Source: an uncultured Alphaproteobacteria bacterium (lineage in GTDB: Bacteria; Pseudomonadota; Alphaproteobacteria; Sphingomonadales; Sphingomonadaceae). Taken from it: a stretch of DNA of 64,000 nt. Below, one piece after another: positions 54,582-63,525 of this stretch. Within the stretch, counting starts at the first letter, position 1. Every line of letters starts with the position of its first letter. Below the pieces are notes generated by a model that worked only from the letters and a program-made list of their open reading frames with translations, was not told the origin of the DNA and ran no database searches. The stretch lies in assembly GCA_963791765.1 (NCBI GenBank), contig CAWBTL010000005.1, forward strand, positions 302,235 through 366,234. Direction: 5' to 3'. A program made the translations under genes and the position numbers.

Positions 54582-55256
54582 ATGGCAAGACAGACGAAGA
54601 AAATAGCCGAACCGACGACTTTGATTGGCAAGCGCCGGTCTGCCGCAGGGATCGATTCCCGCGAATCCTATGCAATCCGGCGACAGGAAATTGCCGAGGC
54701 CGCTGTCCGCGTGTTCAACCGGCTGGGTTACAAGGGCGCCAGCCTGAGCGCCGTGGCCAGCGAGCTGGGCGTCGACCGCGCCACGCTTTATTACTACTTC
54801 TCGTCGAAGGAGCAGATGTTCGACGAAACCGTGCGCGCGGTGATCGAGGGCAATGACGAGCTGGTCCGGCGCATCGCCGCCAGCGCGATCAGCCCCAACC
54901 GCAAGTTGCGCGAACTGATCACTTCGATGATGGTATCCTACGCCGCGAATTATCCGCTGCTGTACATCTACATCCGCGAGGACCTGAGCCACGTCAGCGA
55001 CAAACGCTCGACCTGGTCCGCGGAAATGCGCGCGCTCAACCGCAGCATCGAGAAATCGTTCATCGGCATCATCGAACAGGGCTATGCCGACGGCAGCTTC
55101 CGCCGGGTCGGGTCTGCCCGCACGGTAGCTTACGGCATTCTCGGCATGCTCAACTGGAGCCACCGCTGGTTCAAACCCGGCCAGGCAGAATCCGCCGACG
55201 AGATCGGCAAGGTGTTCGCCGAAATGGTGCTCTCCGGGCTGGAAACGCCCTATTGA
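54582..55256 (+). CDS. TetR family regulator
   Basis: GYKGASLSAVASELGVDRATLYYYFSSKE HTH; GMLNWSHRWF C-terminus. Confidence 0.93.
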   Translation: MARQTKKIAEPTTLIGKRRSAAGIDSRESYAIRRQEIAEAAVRVFNRLGYKGASLSAVASELGVDRATLYYYFSSKEQMFDETVRAVIEGNDELVRRIAASAISPNRKLRELITSMMVSYAANYPLLYIYIREDLSHVSDKRSTWSAEMRALNRSIEKSFIGIIEQGYADGSFRRVGSARTVAYGILGMLNWSHRWFKPGQAESADEIGKVFAEMVLSGLETPY

Positions 55257-55272
55257 GCCGGCGCGATCCGGC

Positions 55273-55797
55273 TCACAGTGACAGGATATCGCGGGTTTCA
55301 CGTAAATAGAGCGTGCCGCTGGACGTGTCGGTCACGGTCACTTCATGCCGCACATAGCGGCGGCCGCGCTTCTCGTACTTGTCGATCGCCCGGGTGGTGA
55401 TGCGGACCGTGGCCCCCACCGGGATCGGCTCGAGAATTTCGGAATCGTGGTAGGTGTGGATCGATCCGATCGCAAAGGGTTTGGTGTGATCGAACTGCAC
55501 CGACAACACGAAATGCGACACCAGCAGCGGCGGCACGATCGCGCTGCCGAAGGGCGATTCACCCGGGATGTACCAGGTGTTCATCCGCCACCCTTCGTAC
55601 CACGGATTGAAGTCCTCGACGGCATCGGCATAGAGGATGACGAGTTCGGGCGTGATATGGAGGTCGCGGGACAGCTCGTCGCCGATCTCGACCATATCCC
55701 AATAGGTCTGCGATTCCTGCTCCAGCCCTTTGATAAAGGCGCGCGTCTGGGCCTCCTGGATGGGGCTTTGGGGGTGGAGGTCTGTGTCATTGGTCAT
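55273..55797 (-). CDS. Hot-dog fold (MaoC-like) protein
   Basis: YADAVEDFNPWY, IVPP and EILEPIPVG...DKYEKRGR pattern. Confidence 0.75.
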   Translation of the reverse strand: MTNDTDLHPQSPIQEAQTRAFIKGLEQESQTYWDMVEIGDELSRDLHITPELVILYADAVEDFNPWYEGWRMNTWYIPGESPFGSAIVPPLLVSHFVLSVQFDHTKPFAIGSIHTYHDSEILEPIPVGATVRITTRAIDKYEKRGRRYVRHEVTVTDTSSGTLYLRETRDILSL

Positions 55798-55858
55798 CGG
55801 CAATAGTCCTTTGATCTGACGGGAAGTCTGCTCGGTCGATTGGAGTGTCGAGCAACTT

Positions 55859-56022
55859 CCCCTCTCCCCTCGAGGGGAGAGGATACGAAGGCTTGCAAGC
55901 TTGCTTGCTAGCCGCAGTTGGAGAGGGGTGCTCTGCCCTGTCGGCGTGGCACACCCCTCTCCAAGCTTCGCTAGCCCCTGAAGGGGCAAGCTGCGCTATC
56001 CTCTCCCCTCCAGGGGAGAGGG
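55859..56022. repeat. REP-like element (CTCTCCCCTC.AGGGGAGAGG arms)
   Basis: Inverted arms; internal segments shared with the 15772 and 61848 copies. Confidence 0.85.
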
Positions 56023-56030
56023 CAAGTGAA

Positions 56031-56477
56031 TCAAACGCCAACATCGACTTCCACCCATCCGACGGTCTTCTTTTCACCCGCCTCGTTGTCGCACCAGATG
56101 TCGACGGTGAACCGGTAGCCGTTGCCTTTGGGCGTCTTCTCGCGAACCACGCCGTGGGTGGTGATCACTTCGCCCGCGAGTGTCGAGGCGACATATTTGC
56201 AGACTACCCGCGCATTCCTGAACATCTGCGCGCCGAAGTGATTGACGCACATCTCGGTCAGATAGGCCGACGACATCTCGCCAGTCTGGATCGGCGCTTT
56301 GAGCCCGGTGGCTGCCGCATATTCGGGATCCCAGTGGTTGGGATTGAACCGCCCCCACAGCCGCGATCCCATGAGCTGGATCGCCGCGCGCTTCTTGATC
56401 GGCGCCAGCTCGAAACCGACTGGGGTGTCCTTCGTGACCAGGGGAAATGCCTTTGAAACCGCTGCGTCGTCCATCAT
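56031..56477 (-). CDS. MaoC-like dehydratase subunit
   Basis: FNPNHWDPEYA..TGLKAPIQTG and GEVIT.HG.V.E pattern. Confidence 0.78.
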   Translation of the reverse strand: MMDDAAVSKAFPLVTKDTPVGFELAPIKKRAAIQLMGSRLWGRFNPNHWDPEYAAATGLKAPIQTGEMSSAYLTEMCVNHFGAQMFRNARVVCKYVASTLAGEVITTHGVVREKTPKGNGYRFTVDIWCDNEAGEKKTVGWVEVDVGV

Positions 56478-56487
56478 AGTCTCCCAC

Positions 56488-58104
56488 TCAGCTATTGGCC
56501 GTCCGCTCCGTGCCGAGCAGCACGAAGCCTTCATATCCCTTTGCCGCCGTCTTCTCCAGGATCCGGCGATAGCCGCGTACACCTCCCGAGTAGGGCATGA
56601 AGACCTGCGGCTTCCCCGGCATTTCCGCTCCGAGATAGTAGGACGGCGTCAAGGGGTAGAGCGTCTCCAGCGCGCGTTCGTTGACATGCGCGACCCAGTC
56701 CCGCTCTGCTTCGGCGGTGACTTCGATCTCGGAGACACCCTGGCTGCGGGCGAATTCGAACAGCCCTGCCAGCCAGTCGATCTGCTCCTCCGATGACAGC
56801 AGCACATTGCTCAGCAGCGAGGGACTACCCGGTCCGACGATGATGAACATGTTCGGAAAGCCGTGGACGCCAATGCCCAGATAGCTGACCGGCCCGGCCG
56901 ACCACTTGTCCCGCAGCGTCAGGCCGCCGCGCCCGGCAATTTCGGGCTTGAGCAGCGACCCGGTGAAGGCATCGAACCCGGTCGCGTAAATGATGACATC
57001 CAGCGGGATTTCCCCCGCCGACGTGCGAATTCCGCCCGGCGTGATCGCCTCGATCGGGGTTGCGCTGATATCGACCAGAGAAACATTGGCGCGGTTGAAG
57101 GTGGCGAAATAGCCGCTGTCGACCGAGGGACGGCGGGTGCCGAAGGGAAAGCCCTTCGGCGTCAATTTCTCCAGGACCACCGGATCGTCGACCTGCTCGG
57201 CGATCTTGGCGCGGATGAATTCGGCTGCGGTCTCGTTCGAGCGGAGGTCGAGCAGGATGTCCTTGAAGGTCAGCGCGAAACCGAAGCCAAGCCGGTTCCA
57301 CGAAGCCTCGAAGGCGGCGCGTCGCTCGTCTTCGGGAACGTCGGTGGCCGATCGCGTGTCGGGCACGAAGCCCAGGCCGCTGGGCGAATTGCGCGCCGCT
57401 TCGCGCCGTTCGGCATAGTTCGCCTTCACCTCGCGGTCTTCCTCGTCGGAGACCGGGGCATTGGCGGCGGGGATCGAGAAGTTGGCGGTTCGCTGGAACA
57501 CCGAAAGATGCGACGCGACCGCAGCGACTACCGGTGTCATCTGCACGCCGGACGATCCGGTGCCGATGATGCCCACGCGCTTGCCGGCAAGTTCGACGTG
57601 GTCCTTCGGCCAGCGCGCGCTGTAAACAATGCGCCCGGCGAAGCTATCCTGCCCGGGATAGACGGTGTCCTTGGGCGCGGACAGCTGCCCCATCGCCAGG
57701 ATCAGCTTGCCAGCTTGCCAGCGCCGCCCATCCTCAACCTCGACATCCCAGACAGCATGCGCCTCGTCATAGCTTGCGCGCGTCACCCGCGTGTTCAGCT
57801 CGATATCGCGGCGCAGGTCGAAGCGGTCGACGACATGGGCGATATAGCGCAGAATTTCGGGCTGGGTGGCGTAGCGTTCGCTCCAGCGCCACTCCTGCTC
57901 CAGCTCGGGCGAGAACCGGTAGGAATAATCGAAGCTTTCGACATCGCAGCGCGCGCCGGGATAGCGGTTGAAATTCCACACCCCTCCCACGTCATCGTCC
58001 GCTTCCAGCACAGCGACCGACATTCCCATCGACCGCAGCGTGTGGAGCGCGCGCAGCCCCGCAAATCCGGCACCGATCACAACAGCATCTACTTGCGCAG
58101 CCAT
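56488..58104 (-). CDS. Baeyer-Villiger monooxygenase (PAMO/STMO-like)
   Basis: GAGFAG, GGVWNFNRYPGARCD, GTGSSGVQ, FQRTANF and YATGFD motifs; fingerprint reads FAGRIVYSARWP. Confidence 0.93.
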   Translation of the reverse strand: MAAQVDAVVIGAGFAGLRALHTLRSMGMSVAVLEADDDVGGVWNFNRYPGARCDVESFDYSYRFSPELEQEWRWSERYATQPEILRYIAHVVDRFDLRRDIELNTRVTRASYDEAHAVWDVEVEDGRRWQAGKLILAMGQLSAPKDTVYPGQDSFAGRIVYSARWPKDHVELAGKRVGIIGTGSSGVQMTPVVAAVASHLSVFQRTANFSIPAANAPVSDEEDREVKANYAERREAARNSPSGLGFVPDTRSATDVPEDERRAAFEASWNRLGFGFALTFKDILLDLRSNETAAEFIRAKIAEQVDDPVVLEKLTPKGFPFGTRRPSVDSGYFATFNRANVSLVDISATPIEAITPGGIRTSAGEIPLDVIIYATGFDAFTGSLLKPEIAGRGGLTLRDKWSAGPVSYLGIGVHGFPNMFIIVGPGSPSLLSNVLLSSEEQIDWLAGLFEFARSQGVSEIEVTAEAERDWVAHVNERALETLYPLTPSYYLGAEMPGKPQVFMPYSGGVRGYRRILEKTAAKGYEGFVLLGTERTANS

Positions 58105-58153
58105 GGGACTCCTATCCTTCGCTGCCGCCGATTTGTCACACGCGGCGACAATC

Positions 58154-58171
58154 GTCAACGCAGTCGTGGAA
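58154..58171. promoter_or_regulatory. Operator-like 18-mer GTCAACGCAGTCGTGGAA
   Basis: Reverse complement with flank (TTCCACGACTGCGTTGACGAT) matches 61985-62005 (TTCCACGATGGTGTTGACGAT). Confidence 0.65.
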
Positions 58172-58225
58172 AATTTGCGTAGCAGCATTGACGCATGATC
58201 CGCGCCTTGGGTAATCTTTGGGCAC

Positions 58226-58999
58226 ATGACCGGGCAATTCGCACCTCCGTCGCGTAAAATCGCCATCGTTACCGGGGCTGCACGGGGCATTGGCGCTGCC
58301 ATTGCGCGCCGATTGGCGCAGGATGGCCATGACGTCGCGGTGGTCGATCTCAAGCTCGATGCCTGCGCGGATACTGTCGCCGCCGTCGAGGCGCTCGGCC
58401 AGCGCAGCGTGGCGATCGCTGCCGATGTGTCGGACGAAGCGGCGGTGCGGCGCGGGGTGGCCGAGGTGGTGGGTGCTCTGGGAGCGCCGACGGTGCTGGT
58501 CAACAATGCCGGCATCCTGCGCGATCGCACCCTGGCCAGGCTCACTCTTGAAGACTGGGAAACCGTCATCGACGTCAATCTGCGCTCGGTTTTCCTGATG
58601 TGCCGCGAAGTGCAGGCTCACATGCGGGCGGCGCGCTGGGGCCGGATCGTGAACCTTTCCAGCATCGCCGCGCTCGGCGTGTTCGGAGAGGCCAATTATG
58701 CCGCGGCCAAGGCCGGGATCCAGGGCTTCACCAAAACCATCGCCATCGAACTGGGCCAATACGGGATCACCGCCAATGTCGTGGCGCCGGGCTTCGTGGT
58801 CACCGACATGACCCGCGAAGTGGCGGAGCGGATGAAGGTGAGCATGGAAGAGATGACCGAGCAGATGCTGCGCGACATTCACGTCGGACGCCCCGGCGCG
58901 CCCGACGACATCGCCAACGCCGTGGCTTTTTTCGCGGATGAGCGGTCCGGTTTCGTTACCGGGCAAGTGCTCTACGTCGCGGGAGCGCCGCGCGGATGA
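58226..58999 (+). CDS. SDR oxidoreductase (FabG-like)
   Basis: TGAARGIG, NNAGILRD, NYAAAKAG and ANVVAPG motifs. Confidence 0.93.
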   Translation: MTGQFAPPSRKIAIVTGAARGIGAAIARRLAQDGHDVAVVDLKLDACADTVAAVEALGQRSVAIAADVSDEAAVRRGVAEVVGALGAPTVLVNNAGILRDRTLARLTLEDWETVIDVNLRSVFLMCREVQAHMRAARWGRIVNLSSIAALGVFGEANYAAAKAGIQGFTKTIAIELGQYGITANVVAPGFVVTDMTREVAERMKVSMEEMTEQMLRDIHVGRPGAPDDIANAVAFFADERSGFVTGQVLYVAGAPRG

Positions 59000-59057
59000 G
59001 GGCATCTGTGGCATTTTTCGCACAGGCGCGGCCAAAACCGCAACCGGCCTGCAAAAC

Positions 59058-59075
59058 GTCAACGCCGGTGTTGAC
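59058..59075. promoter_or_regulatory. Palindromic operator GTCAACGCCGGTGTTGAC overlapping a TTGACA -35
   Basis: Near-perfect 18-bp palindrome upstream of the TonB-dependent receptor. Confidence 0.68.
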
Positions 59076-59145
59076 ATGGCCAATGGCCGATTATAAGACC
59101 GCTTCAAATCAATAAACCTGCAGATTTGCTATGGGGAGTATCATT

Positions 59146-61545
59146 ATGACAATTCGGAACTCTGCTCTGCGTTCGGCGCTGTTCGCGCTTGCATGCAGCA
59201 CCAGCGGCGTAGCGCTGGCGCAATCCGACACCAGTGCGCAATCGTCCGATGAGAACGAAGGCCTTGGCGAAATCATCGTCACCGCAACCAAGCGCAGCGA
59301 AAACCTGCAGGACGTTCCGGTCTCGATCTCGGCAATCGGGGCCGAGCAGCTCCAGTCGCGCGGGGTTACCTCGTCGAATGATCTTGCTGCCGTGGTGCCC
59401 AACCTGCAGGTCAGTTCGCAATACGGCGAAACCTCTCCGAACTTCTCGCTGCGCGGCGTGGGCGTGGCGAACGAGTTTACCGCCAACACGGCGTCGCCGA
59501 TCGGCGTCTATGTCGATGAAGTCAGCCAGTCCTACCGTTACACACACGGTCTGCAACTTTACGATCTGGACCGGGTCGAAGTGCTGCGCGGGCCGCAGGG
59601 CACCCTGTTCGGCCGCAACACCACCGGCGGCGCGATCAGCCTGTACACCCGCCAGCCGAAGCTGGGCGAGGCCAACGGTTATTTCACCGCCGGTTACGGC
59701 AATTATGACCGCATGAAGCTGCAAGGCGCGGTCGAAGTCACCCCCGTGGAAGACAAGGTCGGCCTCCGCGTCGCCTTCAATCTACAGGCGGGTGACGGCT
59801 ATTTCAAAGAACCGGACACTGTCGCCGGCGCTCAGAAAACCTACGGGTTCGCCGATTCCGTCGGCCTGCGCGCCAACCTGCGCCTGAAGCCGTCCGAAGA
59901 TCTGGATATCAAGATCGGTGCCTATTACGCCAAGGACAATCCGATCGGATATCCGCTGCACTATATTGGCCTGGTCGGCAGGAATCCCACCACTGGCGCT
60001 GGCGGAACCGACTTCTTCGGTAACACCCGCAATGGCGACACTACGCCCGGCGGCGCAATCTGCTGCAACTATAACGAAGTCTCACTTGACAAGGGTGGGC
60101 ACTTCCTGACGGAATCCTGGGGCCTCAACCTCAACCTGAATTATCAGCTCAACGATAACTGGTCGATTACTTCGGTCACCGGATATACGGATTCCAAGTA
60201 TAATCTTGATATCGATAATGATGCGACGCCGTCGGATGCCTACTTCATCTTCTATCGTTCCAAGGGTAAGGATTTCAGCCAGGACTTCCGCATCAATTAC
60301 AGCAGCGACAGCGTAAAGGCCCTGCTCGGGTTCTTCTACGGTAATGACACGCTCGATACCAACAACACTGTTCTGGCTTATAACGTGCTGCCCGACGCGC
60401 CTGCAGGCCAGGACCCGTCGCTCTGGGCCCCCGGCATCTCCAACTCCTTCAACGTGCGCTTTGGTTTCAAACAAAAGCGTAAGACATTTGCTGTCTACGG
60501 CGAAGGAACTGTCAGTGTCACGCCGCAGCTGGAATTGACGGCCGGCCTTCGTTACACGAAGGACAAGATGAAATATGCTGACGGTTACTCGGTGCCGATT
60601 ACCGATGTGCCGGGCTCGGACCTCTTCACTCTATACCAGAACCTCAACATCCCGAATGATTACGAGAACTGGTCAGGCCGGGCGATCGTGAACTATGCTT
60701 GGACCGATTCGATCAAGACCTATGTCAGTTTCAGCCGCGGCTTTCGCTCGGGCAGCTACAATGGTTTCGGTTTTGTCACGCCTGCCGCTGTGTACTTCGT
60801 CAAGCCCGAGCGGCTGGATTCATGGGAAGTCGGCTTCAAGACCCGCTTCGCCGATGACCGGATCCAGCTCAACGGTGCCGCGTTCCACTATGATTACAAG
60901 AACCAGCAGGTCAGCGAAGTTCGCGGCGGCCTTGCCTTCCCGCAGAACCTCAACGCGAAGGTGAAGGGTGCCGAGCTCGAATTGCTTGCCAAGCCGATCT
61001 CGGCGCTGACACTGCGCGGTTCGGTTGGTTACCTCGACACCAAATACACTGACGACAACCCCTGCCTGAGCCCGGCAGGGACACCTCCCTCGCCCGCTTG
61101 TCCAACTGGCGGCACGCCCGTTGCCGGCAACAAGGTGCCGTTCGCGTCCAAATGGACACTCAGCTTTGGCGGCGATCTGACGCTGGCCACGGTAGCCGAA
61201 GGCGACATCGTGCTTAGCGGCGAAGTCGCGTACAAGAGCAGCTTCTGGTACGATATGTTCAACGAGAACGCCCGTCCGCCAGCACTTGTTCAAGATGGTG
61301 AGGGTGGAACCACCCAGCTCTATCCGGGCGGCAGGACGACTTTGGTCGGATCGAAGGGCTATGCTCTCATCAACGCCGGCCTCGCCTGGAACGGCGAAAG
61401 GGTTCAGGTCCGCGTCTGGGGCAAGAATATCACTAACAAGAAGTATTATCCCTTTGGCTATGACACCGCCGGTGCCTTCGGCACGGTGCTGCTGACACCC
61501 GGCACGCCGCGCACCTACGGAGTCGAGGCAACATTCAAGTTCTAG
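59146..61545 (+). CDS. TonB-dependent receptor
   Basis: Signal peptide; EIIVTATKR TonB box; VEVLRGPQGTLFGRNTTGGAI plug motif; C-terminal PRTYGVEATFKF. Confidence 0.96.
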   Translation: MTIRNSALRSALFALACSTSGVALAQSDTSAQSSDENEGLGEIIVTATKRSENLQDVPVSISAIGAEQLQSRGVTSSNDLAAVVPNLQVSSQYGETSPNFSLRGVGVANEFTANTASPIGVYVDEVSQSYRYTHGLQLYDLDRVEVLRGPQGTLFGRNTTGGAISLYTRQPKLGEANGYFTAGYGNYDRMKLQGAVEVTPVEDKVGLRVAFNLQAGDGYFKEPDTVAGAQKTYGFADSVGLRANLRLKPSEDLDIKIGAYYAKDNPIGYPLHYIGLVGRNPTTGAGGTDFFGNTRNGDTTPGGAICCNYNEVSLDKGGHFLTESWGLNLNLNYQLNDNWSITSVTGYTDSKYNLDIDNDATPSDAYFIFYRSKGKDFSQDFRINYSSDSVKALLGFFYGNDTLDTNNTVLAYNVLPDAPAGQDPSLWAPGISNSFNVRFGFKQKRKTFAVYGEGTVSVTPQLELTAGLRYTKDKMKYADGYSVPITDVPGSDLFTLYQNLNIPNDYENWSGRAIVNYAWTDSIKTYVSFSRGFRSGSYNGFGFVTPAAVYFVKPERLDSWEVGFKTRFADDRIQLNGAAFHYDYKNQQVSEVRGGLAFPQNLNAKVKGAELELLAKPISALTLRGSVGYLDTKYTDDNPCLSPAGTPPSPACPTGGTPVAGNKVPFASKWTLSFGGDLTLATVAEGDIVLSGEVAYKSSFWYDMFNENARPPALVQDGEGGTTQLYPGGRTTLVGSKGYALINAGLAWNGERVQVRVWGKNITNKKYYPFGYDTAGAFGTVLLTPGTPRTYGVEATFKF

Positions 61546-61577
61546 GCTGACCGCAACAGCCCGGCGAAACGCCGTTC

Positions 61578-61612
61578 GCGCCAGCATTGACCCTTACGGT
61601 CGATGCTGGCGC
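61578..61612 (+). terminator. Probable terminator hairpin after the TBDR
   Basis: GCGCCAGCATTGACC-loop-GGTCGATGCTGGCGC followed by TTTGCGTTT. Confidence 0.6.
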
Positions 61613-61678
61613 TTTGCGTTTGGGGGGGCGTACTTCCCTCTCCGCTGGTGGGAGCATGTTTCCATTTTACCTTATTTC

Positions 61679-61817
61679 GTCACCCTGAACTTGTTTCAGG
61701 GCCCATCGTGCCGCAAGCGCTGAGCAAGCCGCATGAGCGCAGGTCGTGAGGTGTTCTCCCCGAATTTACGCTCCGGATGTTTCGAGAAATGGGTCCTGAA
61801 ACAAGTTCAGGATGACG
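61679..61817. repeat. REP-like doublet, reverse copy of 51027-51168
   Basis: GTCACCCTGAACTTGTTTCAGGGCCCATCGTGCCGCAAG ... GGGTCCTGAAACAAGTTCAGGATGACG. Confidence 0.88.
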
Positions 61818-61847
61818 AGCAGTGAGAGTTGAGGTGCCATGCGTCAG

Positions 61848-61975
61848 TTGGAGAGGGGGGGCGCCGCCCTCTCGATGTCGCACACCCCTCTCCCAGCTTC
61901 ACTAGCCCCCAGCGGGGCAAGCTGCGCCAGCTCTCCCCTCCAGGGGGGAGGTGAAGTTTGCGCCCCGCCACCCCC
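61848..61975. repeat. REP-like element, partial copy of the 55859 subfamily
   Basis: GTTGGAGAGGGG...CACACCCCTCTCC...CTAGCCCC...GGGGCAAGCTGCGC...CTCTCCCCTCCAGGGG. Confidence 0.8.
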
Positions 61976-61984
61976 ATCAAAAAA

Positions 61985-62002
61985 TTCCACGATGGTGTTG
62001 AC
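61985..62002. promoter_or_regulatory. Operator-like 18-mer overlapping a TTGACG-N17-TAGCAT promoter
   Basis: TTCCACGATGGTGTTGAC; -35 at 61998, -10 at 62021. Confidence 0.68.
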
Positions 62003-62072
62003 GATCGCAAAAACCGCACCTAGCATCATGCCAAAGGGCGCGCTGCGACTCGCCTGCGGTTTGGAGAGTGTC

Positions 62073-63176
62073 ATGATCGACGGGCTTTTCGTGCTTGATG
62101 CGGTGGCGCATGCCTACAACCATCTTCCCACCAACTGGGAAGATCCGGTGCTGGGCGAAGCGATGGTCGATCTCGCCTATGCCCTCGCCGCCGATCCGCC
62201 CGATCCGCAATACGCGATGAGCCGCCGCGATTACCTGCGCGACTGGACGGTGGACGATGCCGCCAATCTGCTGTTCGGTGAAAGCCAGACCGATATCGCC
62301 GTGGTCCACCCGCTGGCAATCTCCTCGTTCAAGGATGGCTATTCGTCGGTCGCCAAAGCAGTCGAGGCGACGTCGAAATATCCCTCGCGGTTCATCGGTG
62401 CCTATGTCTGCGTCGATCCGCTCAAGGGTGCCGATGCGATCCGGTCGATGGACGAGCAGGTCGAACTCTACAGACCGCTTGGGCTCAAGCTTTACCCCAC
62501 CAGCTGGGATGGCAAGGGCCCGGTATCCTGGCGCATGGACGATCCCAAGCTGATCTATCCGCTCTATGAGCATGCCGCCAAGCTTGGTCTCAAGCATGTC
62601 GCGGTCCACAAGGCCGTGCCGATCGGGCCGTTTGCCGTCGGCAATGCCTACAACCCCAGCGATATCGAAAATGCCGCAACCGACTTTCCCGATCTGACCT
62701 TCGAGATCGTCCATGGCGGCCTCGCGTTTCTGGAGGAAACGGCGTGGCTGCTGGGGCGGTTCGGCAACATCCAGATCAACATGGAAATCCAGAACATCAT
62801 CGTCGAACGGCGGCCGCGGGTGTTCGCCCAGATCTTGCTCGGGCTGTGCAAGGTGGGCGGAACCGGCATGCTCGACCGGCTGTTCTGGGGTTCGGGCGGA
62901 ACGCTCCACCATCCGCAACCGGGCCTGGAGGCCTTCGCCAAGTTCGAATTCCCCGAGGATATGCTCGAGAATGCCGGGCTGTTCATGCCGATGAAGCAGA
63001 TCACCCGGGCCAACAAGGAGAACATGCTGAGCGGCACCTTTGCCAGGTCGCATGGCATCGACCTCGAAGCCTGCAAGCGCGCGATTGTCGGCGACCAGTT
63101 CAGCCTGCCGGAAGGCGCGGCGCTGCCCGCGCCCTATTCGACCATCGCCATGGGCGAGCAGCTCACCCATGCCTGA
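62073..63176 (+). CDS. Amidohydrolase_2-fold protein (paralog of 52068-53099)
   Basis: LDAVAH, GLKLYP, VHKA, FEIVHGG and INME motifs; ATG after a GGAG RBS. Confidence 0.85.
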   Translation: MIDGLFVLDAVAHAYNHLPTNWEDPVLGEAMVDLAYALAADPPDPQYAMSRRDYLRDWTVDDAANLLFGESQTDIAVVHPLAISSFKDGYSSVAKAVEATSKYPSRFIGAYVCVDPLKGADAIRSMDEQVELYRPLGLKLYPTSWDGKGPVSWRMDDPKLIYPLYEHAAKLGLKHVAVHKAVPIGPFAVGNAYNPSDIENAATDFPDLTFEIVHGGLAFLEETAWLLGRFGNIQINMEIQNIIVERRPRVFAQILLGLCKVGGTGMLDRLFWGSGGTLHHPQPGLEAFAKFEFPEDMLENAGLFMPMKQITRANKENMLSGTFARSHGIDLEACKRAIVGDQFSLPEGAALPAPYSTIAMGEQLTHA

Positions 63177-63516
63177 TACGCGTGCCGCCATCGTCGCCCA
63201 GCTGGACGAGATCAAGGATCCGTGCAGCGTGGCAAGCGGCGTGCCGATGGGGCTCGCGGAAATGGGCCTGGTCGATACCATCGATATTTCACCCGCCGGT
63301 GATGTTGCCATCCGGCTGCGGCTGACCTCGCCGTTTTGCCACATGATCGGCTTTTTCAAGACCGAGGTTCAGCGCCGGGTCTCGGCCTTGCCGGGAGTGT
63401 CCAGCGTCTCGCTCAGCGCCGATAACGGGCTTGACTGGTCGCCGGACCGGATCTCCGCACCCGCACAGGCGCGCCGCGCCGCCCATCTGCAAGACATGGA
63501 AGCCAGACTGGCCTGA
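63169..63516 (+). CDS. DUF59/MIP18-like protein (paralog of 53096-53395)
   Basis: DPCS...EMGLV...LTSPFC...WSPDR pattern. Confidence 0.82.
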   Translation: MPDTRAAIVAQLDEIKDPCSVASGVPMGLAEMGLVDTIDISPAGDVAIRLRLTSPFCHMIGFFKTEVQRRVSALPGVSSVSLSADNGLDWSPDRISAPAQARRAAHLQDMEARLA

Positions 63517-63525
63517 AGGAACCGG

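Noticed and set aside
55798-55989. N-terminal extensions of ORFs 55273-55989 and 61839-63176
   Set aside because: Translated from REP elements; better starts with RBS exist at 55797 and 62073.
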